A stretch of 47,597 bases of DNA from a virus (IMGVR_UViG_3300010366_000017:1-47597); one strand, 5' to 3'; positions 9,285 to 19,415 are shown, numbered from the stretch's first letter. Translations and numbers: made by a program. The notes: generated from the letters alone by a model not told the origin.

Positions 9285-9760
9285 CCGCCGTCACCCGGCC
9301 CCAGAACATCCCCGCGATCTGGGAGTCGATCAACAGCGACTGGCAGGGAGACTGGCAGGTTCACTGGCACGTCTACCAGGAACGCCTGGAGGCGGTCGGC
9401 GGCCAGCGGGTCAAGAACCAGATGCTGAACACCTGCGTCGGCGGCTGGGTCTACATCCTTGATGACGACACGTTGATGCACCCCGACCTGCTGAAACGGA
9501 CCAGCGACGTCCTCTACGAGAACCCGAAGGCGGACGCGATCCTGTTCGGCCGGATCGAGGGCGGCAACACATTCATGCCTGAGCTGCGGGTCGGGCTGAT
9601 CGACGTCGGCCAGGCGATGCTCCGCCGCAGCCTGATCGGCAAGCACCGGATCCCGCACCAGTACGACGGCGACGGGCAGCTGCTGACCGAGGTCGTCCCG
9701 CAGGCCCGCCAGGCCATCTACCTGAACGAGCCGCTCTCGTTCTACAATCGCCTCAGATAG
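9266..9760 (+). CDS. GT-A fold (family 2-like) glycosyltransferase
   Basis: MRLHVLTAVTRPQN, WVYILDDDTLMHP (DxD), YDGDG, LSFYN; GGGGAGGG SD. Confidence 0.8.
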   Translation: MRLHVLTAVTRPQNIPAIWESINSDWQGDWQVHWHVYQERLEAVGGQRVKNQMLNTCVGGWVYILDDDTLMHPDLLKRTSDVLYENPKADAILFGRIEGGNTFMPELRVGLIDVGQAMLRRSLIGKHRIPHQYDGDGQLLTEVVPQARQAIYLNEPLSFYNRLR

Positions 9761-9771
9761 GAGGACTTCTT

Positions 9772-9987
9772 ATGCCACGTTCAGTCGATGTACGCGTGAG
9801 TGCGCCGCAGAGCGAAGGCTTCAACCAGGCCACGCTCGCCCGCACCAGCCACGTCCCGTCGCTCGCCGACGGCTGCGCCCCGAACGCTGTCAGCGATCCG
9901 GGCGGCGTCGCCGCAGGCTCACCCGGAGCGGTACTCGGCACCGGCCAGAACCCGGATCGCTACACGCCGGTACTCGAAGCAGTCTGA
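9772..9987 (+). CDS. hypothetical protein (71 aa)
   Basis: AGGAGG SD; TGATG coupling to the scaffold gene. Confidence 0.65.
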   Translation: MPRSVDVRVSAPQSEGFNQATLARTSHVPSLADGCAPNAVSDPGGVAAGSPGAVLGTGQNPDRYTPVLEAV

Positions 9988-10799
9988 TGGCCGACAACCC
10001 ACGCGACCAGCTCGGCGTCGACCTGCCCGACCCGTCAGAGCCGCAAGCCGTCCCGCCCGAGCTAACGCCGGAGCCGGAACCGGAACGGCCCGACTACCTG
10101 CTCGACAAGTTCAAGACGGCGGAAGACCAGGCCCGCGGCTACGCCGAGGCCGAGCGGCGGATGAACGAGGCGGTCGAGGGGCAGCGCCGCCTGGAGCAGC
10201 AGGTCGCCGCCCTGACCGAGGCGGTCGAGGGGTTCAGGGTTCATCCCGACGACGGCCGCACACAGCAGGGCGACGACCAGATCCGTGCCCGCCTCAACCA
10301 GAGCTTCGACGAGGACCCGATCGGCACGATCGCCTACCTCGCCCAGCAGTACGCGTCCTCAGCGATCGACGAGCGGTTCGCGGCGATGCAGCAGCAGCAG
10401 AACCCGGCGATGCAGATGCAGCAGGAGCGCGACAACCAGCTCCTCGCGATGATGGTCGACCAGCGGCTCGGCGAGACGATCGACGACTGGGACGAGTACC
10501 GCGACCGGGTCGGCCAGGAGATCGTCAACGACCAGACCCTGATCCCGCAAGAGGTCCTGTACAACCCGGAGGCAACCGTGAACGCAATCCGTCGCGTCTA
10601 CCAGATGGTGAAGGCGAACGACATCATCGAGCAGAACCAGAACGGCACTTTCGTGACGACGCAGATGAAGCGGCAGGCGCAGACGATGAGCGGCTCCGGT
10701 GTTCGCAACCCGGACGCGGACCCGACCGACGAGAAGATGGACGCGCTCCGCAACGCCGTCGTCGGTTCCAGCTACAGTGCCTGGCGCGGCGGCGCCTGA
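9987..10799 (+). CDS. capsid scaffolding protein
   Basis: Acidic, Pro-rich N-terminus, KFKTAEDQARGYAEAE motif, coiled-coil, directly before the capsid gene. Confidence 0.8.
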   Translation: MADNPRDQLGVDLPDPSEPQAVPPELTPEPEPERPDYLLDKFKTAEDQARGYAEAERRMNEAVEGQRRLEQQVAALTEAVEGFRVHPDDGRTQQGDDQIRARLNQSFDEDPIGTIAYLAQQYASSAIDERFAAMQQQQNPAMQMQQERDNQLLAMMVDQRLGETIDDWDEYRDRVGQEIVNDQTLIPQEVLYNPEATVNAIRRVYQMVKANDIIEQNQNGTFVTTQMKRQAQTMSGSGVRNPDADPTDEKMDALRNAVVGSSYSAWRGGA

Positions 10800-10836
10800 T
10801 TGGCCGCGATCAGCGCCTTCCGCCTGACCGCATCAC

Positions 10837-11018
10837 CAAGGCCCGCATCGCCGCAGTTGCGGGCCTTGCTACACCAGCGGTAATCTTCCGGCCAGGATTC
10901 CGCCGGACTAGGAACAATCGGTGGTAAGGGACCCGCGGCCGGACAATCCCTGAGCCGACTCCTTCACCGACAGGAGCAATCCACTACCTGTCAAATCCGC
11001 GCCTTGTGAAGGAGGCTC
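10837..11018 (+). promoter_or_regulatory. structured capsid mRNA leader
   Basis: Stems 10837-47/10858-68, 10887-92/10902-07, 10959-63/10972-76; repeated CAATC; AAGGAGG SD. Confidence 0.5.
10857..10886 (+). promoter_or_regulatory. putative sigma-A-type promoter for the capsid gene
   Basis: TTGCGG-18-TAATCT. Confidence 0.4.
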
Positions 11019-12167
11019 ATGGCTCCCCCAACCCTTTTGACGGGCGACCTGGCGACCGACATCATCAACCAGGCCCAGCGCGTCATCGACATGGACGACA
11101 AGATCGCGGACCTGGAGCCGTCAGCCAGCCCGCTCGTCGTCCTCCTGAAGAAACTCCGTCGTGTGCAGGCGATTTCGCCGCAGGTGCAGTGGCTGGAGAA
11201 CCAGCTGATGCCCCGCTACGACACCCTCTCCGCCGCCGCAGCGTCCGGTGCGACAGCGATCCCGACCACCCACGCCAGCTACTTCCGCGTCGGTGACGTG
11301 CTCCGCGACACGACGACCGGTGAGGCGATGGAAGTCACCGCTGTCAGCGCGTCGGGGGTCGGCGTCAACCGTGCGATCGGCTCGGTGTCGGCGCAGGCAA
11401 TCGCCAGCTCCGACGAGCTGTTCATCGTCTCGAACGTGAACGCGGAAGGCGCGTCGCTACGCACGATCAAGACGGTGCAGCTGCAGAACCTCTCGAACTT
11501 CTGCGAGATCGTCCGCACGCCGCTCGGCATCACCGGCACCGAGGCCGCCTCGAAGCTGTACGGCGGACCCGACCGCAACCGGCTGCAGGCGCACGCCGCG
11601 ATCGAGCACATGCGCGACTGGGAGCACATCAGCTTCTTCGGCGCCCGCAAGGAGGACATCACGACCGCGACCGGCGCCCCGAAGCGGTTCGCCGGGGGCC
11701 TGATCGAGTACATCCAGACGAACGTCACACCGGCGGTCGGCACCTTGACCGAGACGGCGTTCCAGACGTTCCTGCGGACCGGCTTCCGCTACGGCTCCGA
11801 CCGCAAGGTCCTGTTCGCCAGCCCCTTGGTGATCACCGCGATCGAAGGCTTCGCCCGCAACACGCTGCGGACGAACGTGCCCGACAAGGCGTCCACGTTC
11901 GGGGTCGCGATGAGCACTTACGTGTCCGGCCAGGGGACCGTCGACATCGTGATGGAGAAGGCGTGGCTCGACAGCCGCACCTACAACGGCTACGCGTTCC
12001 TCGTCGACCTCGACGCGTCCGAGTGGCACTACCTCAGAGACACGAAGCTGCTGGAGAACCGCCAGGCCAACGACGCCGACAAGCTGGAGGACGAGTACCT
12101 GACCGAGGCTTGCCCGGTGTTCAAGAACGAGCAGAAGCACGCGCTGCTCAAGGGCGTCACAGGCTAG
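11019..12167 (+). CDS. major capsid protein (SU10/DUF5309-like, HK97 fold)
   Basis: 382 aa; QWLENQL, NAEGA...NFCEIVRTPLGITGTE, EHMRDWE, RFAGGL; strong SD; follows the scaffold. Confidence 0.88.
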   Translation: MAPPTLLTGDLATDIINQAQRVIDMDDKIADLEPSASPLVVLLKKLRRVQAISPQVQWLENQLMPRYDTLSAAAASGATAIPTTHASYFRVGDVLRDTTTGEAMEVTAVSASGVGVNRAIGSVSAQAIASSDELFIVSNVNAEGASLRTIKTVQLQNLSNFCEIVRTPLGITGTEAASKLYGGPDRNRLQAHAAIEHMRDWEHISFFGARKEDITTATGAPKRFAGGLIEYIQTNVTPAVGTLTETAFQTFLRTGFRYGSDRKVLFASPLVITAIEGFARNTLRTNVPDKASTFGVAMSTYVSGQGTVDIVMEKAWLDSRTYNGYAFLVDLDASEWHYLRDTKLLENRQANDADKLEDEYLTEACPVFKNEQKHALLKGVTG

Positions 12168-12179
12168 GACTATCCTGCC

Positions 12180-12205
12180 GGGGGGCCGTGGTGTTGCGGC
12201 CCCCA
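12180..12205 (+). terminator. GC-rich hairpin after the capsid gene (stabiliser or partial terminator)
   Basis: GGGGGCCG/CGGCCCCC, no U-tract. Confidence 0.45.
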
Positions 12206-12221
12206 GCCCGATAGGAGGAAC

Positions 12222-12521
12222 ATGACATCAGTAGAGAGCCAGGACGCGGTCACACTGGCCGCGCCGGTCGGCTGGACCGGCACCTACAACAACGTCAACG
12301 GGGTCCTGAAAGAGTTCGTGCCGTCGGCGCTCGGCCTCAACCCGATCCCCGACAACATCCTGGAGCAGTTCAACGCTGTCGCTAGGGCAACGGCAGACCT
12401 GATCGCAACGAAGGTCTGCGGGCACGGCCCAGGAACGAAGTTCAACATCGTCCTCTCCGGCAGCGGCGACTCCGGCCACAAGGGCAGCAACACCCTCTCG
12501 ATCAGCATCACCCAGCTATGA
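12222..12521 (+). CDS. hypothetical protein, possible head accessory
   Basis: AGGAGG SD; 99 aa. Confidence 0.7.
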   Translation: MTSVESQDAVTLAAPVGWTGTYNNVNGVLKEFVPSALGLNPIPDNILEQFNAVARATADLIATKVCGHGPGTKFNIVLSGSGDSGHKGSNTLSISITQL

Positions 12522-12994
12522 CGATCCAGGACCTCGACACGCTGATGCTGGAGTCGAAGTACGGCGAAATGACCTACATGGTCAAAGGCCCGCTCGTGAC
12601 GAACTGGAAGGACGGCTTCCCGAAGCAGGAGCCGAAGCTGTTCGTGTTCCAGTTCGACCGTTTCATGTGCGACATCGGCGACGAGATCCGCCGGATGGAG
12701 CTAACAGACGAGGACAAGGAGTACGTGCTCCGAAAGATCGAGCGCGACCTCGCCGACATCGACATGCGCGCCGACATGTGGATCCACCAGCCGCCGAAGG
12801 TGAACCCGCCCTGGCCGAACTACGAGGAGACGCACGCGAACGCGATCCCCGGGATCGCCAAGTCGATCGGTCTTGTCGACGAGGCGCTCACCTACGAGAG
12901 CCGCCGCGAAGGCGGCCCCAGAGAGTCGGTCGTGAAGAAGCTGCAGGAGGGCCAGAGCGAGGCGGTCGAAGCTGACGACTTCGCCGCCGTCTAG
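12518..12994 (+). CDS. hypothetical protein
   Basis: ATGA coupling; C-terminal PPWPNYEE...ALTYE...RESVV segment. Confidence 0.75.
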   Translation: MTIQDLDTLMLESKYGEMTYMVKGPLVTNWKDGFPKQEPKLFVFQFDRFMCDIGDEIRRMELTDEDKEYVLRKIERDLADIDMRADMWIHQPPKVNPPWPNYEETHANAIPGIAKSIGLVDEALTYESRREGGPRESVVKKLQEGQSEAVEADDFAAV

Positions 12995-14057
12995 AGCAAC
13001 CTGGGTCATCGTCCACGGCAGCTCGGACATCTACTGGCGCTGCCAGCTGCCCGCCAGGATGGTCGGCGCGAAGCTGATCATCGTCCCGCTCGACAACAGA
13101 GACGACTTCACGAAGCCGAACCTGGAGCCGGGCGAGTTTCGGTTCAGATGGTCCGAAACCCTTGACGGCACCGACTACCCCGACGTCGAAGGCACCGTCG
13201 TCTTCCCCAGGCCCGACCTGATCCGGGCGATCCACGGAGCCTCGATGCAGGCGAACGGCCACCGTGTTGTTGCCGAGGTCGACGACAACTTCCTCTCGAA
13301 CCCGAACCACAACATCTTCATGGCGCAAGCGAACTTCGGCCCTTTGCAGCGCCGCGACCACATGCACGCGTTCGCGTCGATGAACGCGATCGTGTTCTCC
13401 ACGCACTGGCTCAGGGACCATTACCGGCAGGCGTTTCTGCGAGAGTTGAAGTATGTGCCGGAACTGCACGTTGCCCGGAACCACGTGGACGACGGAGATG
13501 CTCGTTGGCAGCCCCAGGAGCGGGCTTGGGGAAAGCTCCGTGTCGGGATCATGGGCAGTCACCAGCACGTCACCGACTGGAAGCTCGCCGCCCGCGCTCT
13601 ACATCTGGCGGTCGAGCTGGGCTGCGAGGTCGTTTTCATGGGCCTCGACCCCGGCGAGGTCAACCCGGAATGGGCACGGATCCTGGGCCAATACACTCAC
13701 CTGCCCTGGGCTGCAGCAGAGCTTTACCACTCGCAACACATACCCTTCGACATCGGTCTGGCCCCGCTGGTGACGACGAACCACACGCTCGGCAAGAGCG
13801 ACGTCAAAGCCCTCGAATACGCCATGTCGGGCGTCGCCGCGGTGCTGCAGAACAACACGGTCTACAACCGCGAATGGGTCCACGGCGAAACGGCCCTGCT
13901 GGCCGGAGGCGTCGATGAATGGGAGCACTGTGTCCGCACCCTGATCAGGGACGCGAAGGCCCGCAGCGGCCTGGTGGAGCGGGCACGGGACTACGTCCGC
14001 GCTGAACGTACGATTCAGGGCAACATCGCCGAGTGGGAGGTCGCCCTCAGTGGCTAG
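12972..14057 (+). CDS. GT-B fold glycosyltransferase (probable CTG start 12972; ATG alternative 13059)
   Basis: YWRCQLPA, AEVDDN, FSTHWL, VARNHVD, RVGIMGSHQH, FDIGLAPL...KSDVKALEYAMSG. Confidence 0.85.
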   Translation: MTTSPPSRATWVIVHGSSDIYWRCQLPARMVGAKLIIVPLDNRDDFTKPNLEPGEFRFRWSETLDGTDYPDVEGTVVFPRPDLIRAIHGASMQANGHRVVAEVDDNFLSNPNHNIFMAQANFGPLQRRDHMHAFASMNAIVFSTHWLRDHYRQAFLRELKYVPELHVARNHVDDGDARWQPQERAWGKLRVGIMGSHQHVTDWKLAARALHLAVELGCEVVFMGLDPGEVNPEWARILGQYTHLPWAAAELYHSQHIPFDIGLAPLVTTNHTLGKSDVKALEYAMSGVAAVLQNNTVYNREWVHGETALLAGGVDEWEHCVRTLIRDAKARSGLVERARDYVRAERTIQGNIAEWEVALSG

Positions 14058-14298
14058 TCCGGTCACGATGCCCAGTTTCGTCAGCCATCTCGCGAACCTG
14101 ATGGGCCGCTACCGCGCCTACGAGCACCGGCAGAGCCTGATGATCCCGAACGAGTACATGCTCTCGAACCGGGGCGTCTACCCGCAGGCCGCCTACGACT
14201 TCTCGAACCAGGGCACCGACCTGTCGCAGGCCCCCGACCCGGTCAGGGAGGCGCTGTTCTCGATCCTGAAAGCGGGAGGCGGGTTCTTCCGTGGCTGA
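14050..14298 (+). CDS. hypothetical protein
   Basis: 8-nt overlaps on both sides; biased codons. Confidence 0.65.
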   Translation: MASPVTMPSFVSHLANLMGRYRAYEHRQSLMIPNEYMLSNRGVYPQAAYDFSNQGTDLSQAPDPVREALFSILKAGGGFFRG

Positions 14299-14518
14299 AC
14301 CGTTCCGGCCGATCTACAAGCTCTGGAACGCCGAAGAGGGCCACTGGCAGTGGGGCCTTTTGCGGCCCGACTACGAACGGATCCAGAACGGCTACGGCTG
14401 CGGCAAGTGCCTGGAGCCGTTCGACTACTGGGTGCCGCGCTGCTACGTCTGCGGCGAGCTGAACACTCCCGCTCCGGACACACCCGTCCCGTCGCAGTGG
14501 GTCAAACAGGGGGAGTAG
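14291..14518 (+). CDS. small Zn-ribbon protein
   Basis: CGKC...CYVCG; GGAGG SD. Confidence 0.7.
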   Translation: MAEPFRPIYKLWNAEEGHWQWGLLRPDYERIQNGYGCGKCLEPFDYWVPRCYVCGELNTPAPDTPVPSQWVKQGE

Positions 14519-15229
14519 ATGGCCTACCCAGGCACCTTCTCCGACATCCAGGACGCCGTCATCGCGAAGCTCCGGCTCGACCCGGACCTCGACACCGACA
14601 AGGTCAAGGACTGGATCAACCAGGCGTACATGGAAGCGTGCATGGAGACGCAGTTCTACGTCACCGACGCGATCCCGACCTCGCCGCTTCCCGCCAACAC
14701 CGGCTCGACCGGCGTCCCCGCGTCGATCCTCGCGATCGACTACGTCACCTCGACCCAGACAGACGGCTCCAACCGCGGCCCGATGGACCTGGTCGGGATC
14801 GACGTGATCCTGGAGAAACGCGCCTGGGGCGGCGGCGCCACCCCCAGCCAGGGCGCACCGCAGATGTACGCGTACCGGTCCGGGCCGCAGCCGCTGATCG
14901 AGTTCTGGCCGCCCGCCGCCGGAGGCGAGGTGCTGACCTTCTACGGCGCCCGGCTGCCGCCGACGCTCGTCGCTGACGGCGACGTCTGGCTGATCCCGGA
15001 GCCGTACGGGTCGAACCTGCTGGAGTTCGGCGCCGACGCGCAGGCCGCCGAGTTCAAGCAGAACTTCATCATGATGAGCACCTACCAGCAGGAGAGCGCG
15101 GGCTGGCTGCAGCGGTTCCGCGGCTTCCAGAACAACCGGGCCGGGAACCAGCCGCAGCAGTTCCGGATCGTTCACGCCTACCAGCCGGTGCCCGCGTCGA
15201 ACTCGGTCGACACGCCCGCTAACTGGTAA
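14519..15229 (+). CDS. head-tail adaptor / tail tubular protein A-like
   Basis: TFSDIQDAV...VKDWINQAY, GAPQMY, IEFWPP, LIPEPY motifs; position after head genes. Confidence 0.75.
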   Translation: MAYPGTFSDIQDAVIAKLRLDPDLDTDKVKDWINQAYMEACMETQFYVTDAIPTSPLPANTGSTGVPASILAIDYVTSTQTDGSNRGPMDLVGIDVILEKRAWGGGATPSQGAPQMYAYRSGPQPLIEFWPPAAGGEVLTFYGARLPPTLVADGDVWLIPEPYGSNLLEFGADAQAAEFKQNFIMMSTYQQESAGWLQRFRGFQNNRAGNQPQQFRIVHAYQPVPASNSVDTPANW

Positions 15230-16830
15230 TGGCCGGTCAAGGGAGAGGCCCAGGCCCCGGCAACGCATGGATGTTCCGGCACGGGATCCCGGTGCCGGTC
15301 ATGGAAGCCGACTTCTCCGCCGGGATGGTCAGGGACGTGCCCCGCACCTCGATCCCCGACGGCGGCGTCTACCGGATGCAGGACTTCCTCTGCGACCAGC
15401 CCGGCAAGGTCTACAAACGCGGCGGCGCCGCCTTCGCGAGTCCGGCCGTGAACGAGCAGATGATCAACATCTGCGCGATGGCGGAGTTCCCGAACGACCC
15501 GCGCCTGGTGATGATCAGCTCGAACGCGGGCAACCAGTATTTCGCCTACGACGTGACCAAGAACACCGCCTGGCCCGGCGGCGGCCTGACCGTGAAGGCG
15601 TTCCCGTACGAGAACCCGCAGTTCTGGGTGCATGGCGGCACGACCGGCAGCCTGTTCCTGACACACGGCCAGGGCGGCGTCACGCCGCAGCGGATCTACC
15701 TGTCCGGCGCGACCCTGGTCGTGCAGGACCTGCCGGGCGCTCCGGCCGCGAAGTGCAGCTGCGTCCACCTGAACCGGCTCGTCTTGGCGAACACGAACGA
15801 GAACCCGAACCGGATCTGGTTCAGCGAGATCAACGACCCGCTCAACTGGTCGCAGGTGAACGGCTTCTACGACACCGAGAACGAGGTGATCGGGATGGCG
15901 TCGGTCGGGGGGCAGCTGCTCGTGTTCCACCGCGGCTCGATCCAGCGGATCATGGGCGAGGTGCCGCCCGGCTACGGCAGCGAAGACTTCGGGGTGCCGT
16001 CGAACATGCAGCTGCAGCCGGTCGCCCGCAACGTCGGCTGTTTCGACGCCCGCACGATCGTGCAGGCCCGCGGCAACGCCTTCTTCGCGAACGAGTACGG
16101 CATCTACTACACAAACGGCGGCGCCCCGACCTGCATCACGACCCGTGACGATGCCGCCGGGATCGGGCAGCTCTGGCGCGGCTTCACCTACGACCTCGCC
16201 CCCGCCGTCGGCGCGGTGCTGGCGCAGGGCGTCTACGCCGACACCTGGCTGTTCTCAAGCTGCCGCCACCCGGCCGGAATGAACTTCCAGACGATCTGCC
16301 ATCTCCCCTCGCAGGCGTTCGTGACCACATCGCTGAACATCGCCTGCGTCAACTACGCGAGCCGGGTCGCGCCGCACGCAGGCATCTACGGCTGCGACGG
16401 CAACTACTCGGAGCCGGTCCGGCTGCTCGACCTCTCGACCCTGTTCACGCCCTACCCCGGCCCGGCCCTGGATGCTGACGGGGCGGCGGTGCTGCCGGTG
16501 ATGGAGACACGGATGGTCGGCCAGGACGGCGGCTTGAAGGCGTACTACGACGCCTACCTGACCTACGACATCCGTCCCAGCAGCGGCAACACCCCGCGGC
16601 TGCAGGTCGAGGTCGGCACCAACATCGAAGGGTCGAACTTCAAGACGGTGCCCGAGTCGCCGATGAAGCCGACGAGTACGGAGGCTGCCCGCCGCCGCTT
16701 CTCGACGTCGGTTGATGCAAACTCAATCCAGTACCGGCTGACGCAGCTCGACCCGTCCGCGCTGACCGAGATTTACATGATCGAGTCCTCCTACCACAGC
16801 TACTACACAGGCGATGGCCGGTTCCCGTAA
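15229..16830 (+). CDS. tail nozzle / stabilisation protein (P22 gp10 or T7 gp12-like beta-propeller)
   Basis: DFSAGM, VYKRGG, HLNRLVLA...RIWFSEINDPLNW, VGCFDARTI. Confidence 0.75.
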   Translation: MAGQGRGPGPGNAWMFRHGIPVPVMEADFSAGMVRDVPRTSIPDGGVYRMQDFLCDQPGKVYKRGGAAFASPAVNEQMINICAMAEFPNDPRLVMISSNAGNQYFAYDVTKNTAWPGGGLTVKAFPYENPQFWVHGGTTGSLFLTHGQGGVTPQRIYLSGATLVVQDLPGAPAAKCSCVHLNRLVLANTNENPNRIWFSEINDPLNWSQVNGFYDTENEVIGMASVGGQLLVFHRGSIQRIMGEVPPGYGSEDFGVPSNMQLQPVARNVGCFDARTIVQARGNAFFANEYGIYYTNGGAPTCITTRDDAAGIGQLWRGFTYDLAPAVGAVLAQGVYADTWLFSSCRHPAGMNFQTICHLPSQAFVTTSLNIACVNYASRVAPHAGIYGCDGNYSEPVRLLDLSTLFTPYPGPALDADGAAVLPVMETRMVGQDGGLKAYYDAYLTYDIRPSSGNTPRLQVEVGTNIEGSNFKTVPESPMKPTSTEAARRRFSTSVDANSIQYRLTQLDPSALTEIYMIESSYHSYYTGDGRFP

Positions 16831-17191
16831 GCCACCGCCGAAGATCGACAGCGTCGGCGCCTTCACCGACCACGGCCTCGTCGAGCTGAAAGGATGGCTG
16901 GAGCCGTGGTTCCGCGGCCAGGCGACCGGTGGCGGCGGCGGCCAAGGCCCCCAAGGCCCCGTTGGTCCTACCGGTCCTGCTGGGCCTGCCGGGCAGATCA
17001 CCCTGTTCGTCTACACGCAGGGAACCGCTGCTGCGACCTGGAACGTCGCGCACAACCTCGGCCACTTCCCCGCCGTCACCGTCGTCGACACCGGCAACAA
17101 CACGATCATGCCCGACTGCCACTTCGTCGACCAGAACAACCTCACCCTGACCTTCGGCTCCGCTACGTCCGGCAAGGCGTACTGCCTGTGA
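16814..17191 (+). CDS. short collagen-containing fibre/tail protein
   Basis: G-P-X repeats then WNVAHNLGHFPAVTVVD...SGKAYC domain. Confidence 0.75.
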   Translation: MAGSRKPPPKIDSVGAFTDHGLVELKGWLEPWFRGQATGGGGGQGPQGPVGPTGPAGPAGQITLFVYTQGTAAATWNVAHNLGHFPAVTVVDTGNNTIMPDCHFVDQNNLTLTFGSATSGKAYCL

Positions 17192-17194
17192 TCC

Positions 17195-18268
17195 ATGCCG
17201 ACGCTCGGTAACAACCTCGACTTCTCGAAATACGAGGCCCGGCAGATCCGGATCCACCAGCTCGGCGCGGCGCCGTCCAGCCCGGTGACGGGGCAGATGT
17301 ACTACAACACCGCCGACAACACGCTCTACTGGTGGGACGGCACCCAGTGGCAGTCGGCGAAGGGCGGCGCCACCTCGACCCCGCCCGCGACCACGTCGAG
17401 CCTGGGCACGATCCAGCTCGCCGGTGACCTCGCCGGAACCGCCACGTCGCCGCAGATCGCGGCCGGGGCGATCGTCGATGCTGACGTCAACTCGGCGAAC
17501 AAGGACGGTGCTGTCGCTGTTCCGTCGCTGCGCACGCTCGGCTCCGGAGCGCAGCAGGCGATGCCAGGCAACCGCACCCTCGACCAGGTCCTGGCGCCGG
17601 TCGCGTCGGTCAGCCTCAACAGCCAGAAGATCGTCAGCCTCGCCGACCCGACGAACCCGCAGGACGGCGCCACCAAGAACTACGTCGACCTGCTCCAGCA
17701 AGGCTTGGACAGCCACCCGTCGGTGAAAGCTGCGACGACCGCCAACATCACCCTCTCCGGCACCCAGACGATCGACGGGATCGCCCTCGTCGCGAACGAC
17801 CGCTGCCTCGTCAAGAACCAGACGACCCCGGCCAACAACGGCATCTACAGCGTCCAGTCCGGTGCCTGGACCCGGGTCACAGACCAGGACACCTGGGCCG
17901 AAGTCGTGTCCGCGTACGTCTGGGTCGAGCAGGGCACCGTCAACGCCGACAGCGGCTGGAACTGCACCAGTGACCAGGGCGGCACCCTGAACACGACCGC
18001 GATCACCTGGGTCAAGTTCACGCAGGCCGCCGCCGTCCAGGTCAACTACTACTCGAACAACGCAACCCACGGCGCCGGGACGACGATCACGATCACGCAG
18101 GCAACCCACCAGCTCAGGGCCGCCCGCGGGATCCTGGTGCAGGTGCAGGACAACACATCGGGCAACGTCGAGATCCCCGACATCACCGTTGCCGCGAACG
18201 GCGACGTGACCGTCACCTACGGCGCCGCGCTGACAGCGAACACGAAGCTCGTTACGCTGATCGGCTGA
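17195..18268 (+). CDS. tail fibre protein
   Basis: [55 protein letters not shown]...LVKNQT...NGIY fibre modules. Confidence 0.85.
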   Translation: MPTLGNNLDFSKYEARQIRIHQLGAAPSSPVTGQMYYNTADNTLYWWDGTQWQSAKGGATSTPPATTSSLGTIQLAGDLAGTATSPQIAAGAIVDADVNSANKDGAVAVPSLRTLGSGAQQAMPGNRTLDQVLAPVASVSLNSQKIVSLADPTNPQDGATKNYVDLLQQGLDSHPSVKAATTANITLSGTQTIDGIALVANDRCLVKNQTTPANNGIYSVQSGAWTRVTDQDTWAEVVSAYVWVEQGTVNADSGWNCTSDQGGTLNTTAITWVKFTQAAAVQVNYYSNNATHGAGTTITITQATHQLRAARGILVQVQDNTSGNVEIPDITVAANGDVTVTYGAALTANTKLVTLIG

Positions 18269-19221
18269 TGCCCGACTTCCCGGGGACGCTCAAACCACCA
18301 CGGCTCCCGTCAGCACCATCGTCCCCGGTCGTCGGGCAGCTCTACTACGACACGACCCAGAACACGCTCTACTACTGGAACGGCACCAGCTGGATCGCCG
18401 CTTCCGGCAGCACGGACTACCACCGCTACAAGGGCGACTGGGCCGCGGGCAGCTACATCGACGGTGACATCGTCGTCTACCAAGGCTACGAGTACCTCTG
18501 CGTTAGGCCCACCTCTGCGACCCCGGCCGGATGGGCTGTCGGCCCCGGCTTCGGCGCGAGCGGGATCCCGACCGGCGGCGGCTGCGACTGGTACGCCGCC
18601 ACGGCACCGACGGGGTATCTGCTCTGCGACGGCAGCGCCGTATCACGCACCACCTACTCAGCTCTGTTTTCCGTGATCGGCACGACCTGGGGCGCCGGTG
18701 ACGGGTCCTCGACGTTCAACCTGCCCGACACCAGAGGCAGGATCATCGTCGGCCTCGGCAGCCACAGCGACGTTGCCGCGCTCGGCCAGAGCGACGGTGC
18801 AGCCTTGGCGAACCGGAGGGTGAAGCACAGCCACACGAACGGCCTCACCTGGTCGGGTAGCTTCGCTGGAACGAACGCGAACACCGGCACCGAGAGCGCA
18901 GACCACACCCACTCCGGCTCGACCGGCGGCATCTCCGCGAACCACTACCACGGCGTCACCGCCTCGTACGTGTCCGGCTCCGACTACCAGTGGTCGGACT
19001 ACAACGGCGTCAACCACTTCCAGAACAACGTCGGCAACACCGGCTACGTGTCGAGTGACCACTCCCATAGCTTCACGACCGGCGGCCGCTCAGCAGCCCA
19101 CAGCCACAACTTCACCCCGGCCGGGACGGTCAGCGGCACCGTCGCAGGCACGATCGGCGCGACCGGCGGGACGACCGACACGCCTGCTTACGTGGTCGTC
19201 AACCAGATCATCAAGACGTAG
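18268..19221 (+). CDS. tail fibre with collar domain and HxH needle
   Basis: Collar motif; HSH/HTH/HYH repeats; ends IIKT; paralog of 3222..4316. Confidence 0.85.
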   Translation: MPDFPGTLKPPRLPSAPSSPVVGQLYYDTTQNTLYYWNGTSWIAASGSTDYHRYKGDWAAGSYIDGDIVVYQGYEYLCVRPTSATPAGWAVGPGFGASGIPTGGGCDWYAATAPTGYLLCDGSAVSRTTYSALFSVIGTTWGAGDGSSTFNLPDTRGRIIVGLGSHSDVAALGQSDGAALANRRVKHSHTNGLTWSGSFAGTNANTGTESADHTHSGSTGGISANHYHGVTASYVSGSDYQWSDYNGVNHFQNNVGNTGYVSSDHSHSFTTGGRSAAHSHNFTPAGTVSGTVAGTIGATGGTTDTPAYVVVNQIIKT

Positions 19222-19229
19222 GGGACAGG

Positions 19230-19415
19230 ATGCACATCAGCATCATGATCACGATGAGCAAGGACGAGGAAAGCCTCGTCAAGCCAGCGAAGGAGCTGAT
19301 GCCGGACCTGCTCAGCTTCCTCAACGCCCCCGCCGACTCGACCTGCAACGTGCATGTGTCGATCACCGACGAGGCGTCGAGCGCGATGGACCAGACCGAA
19401 CCCGCACCAGTGTGA
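19230..19415 (+). CDS. small protein, possible fibre chaperone
   Basis: 61 aa after the collar fibre; GTGA coupling. Confidence 0.6.
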   Translation: MHISIMITMSKDEESLVKPAKELMPDLLSFLNAPADSTCNVHVSITDEASSAMDQTEPAPV

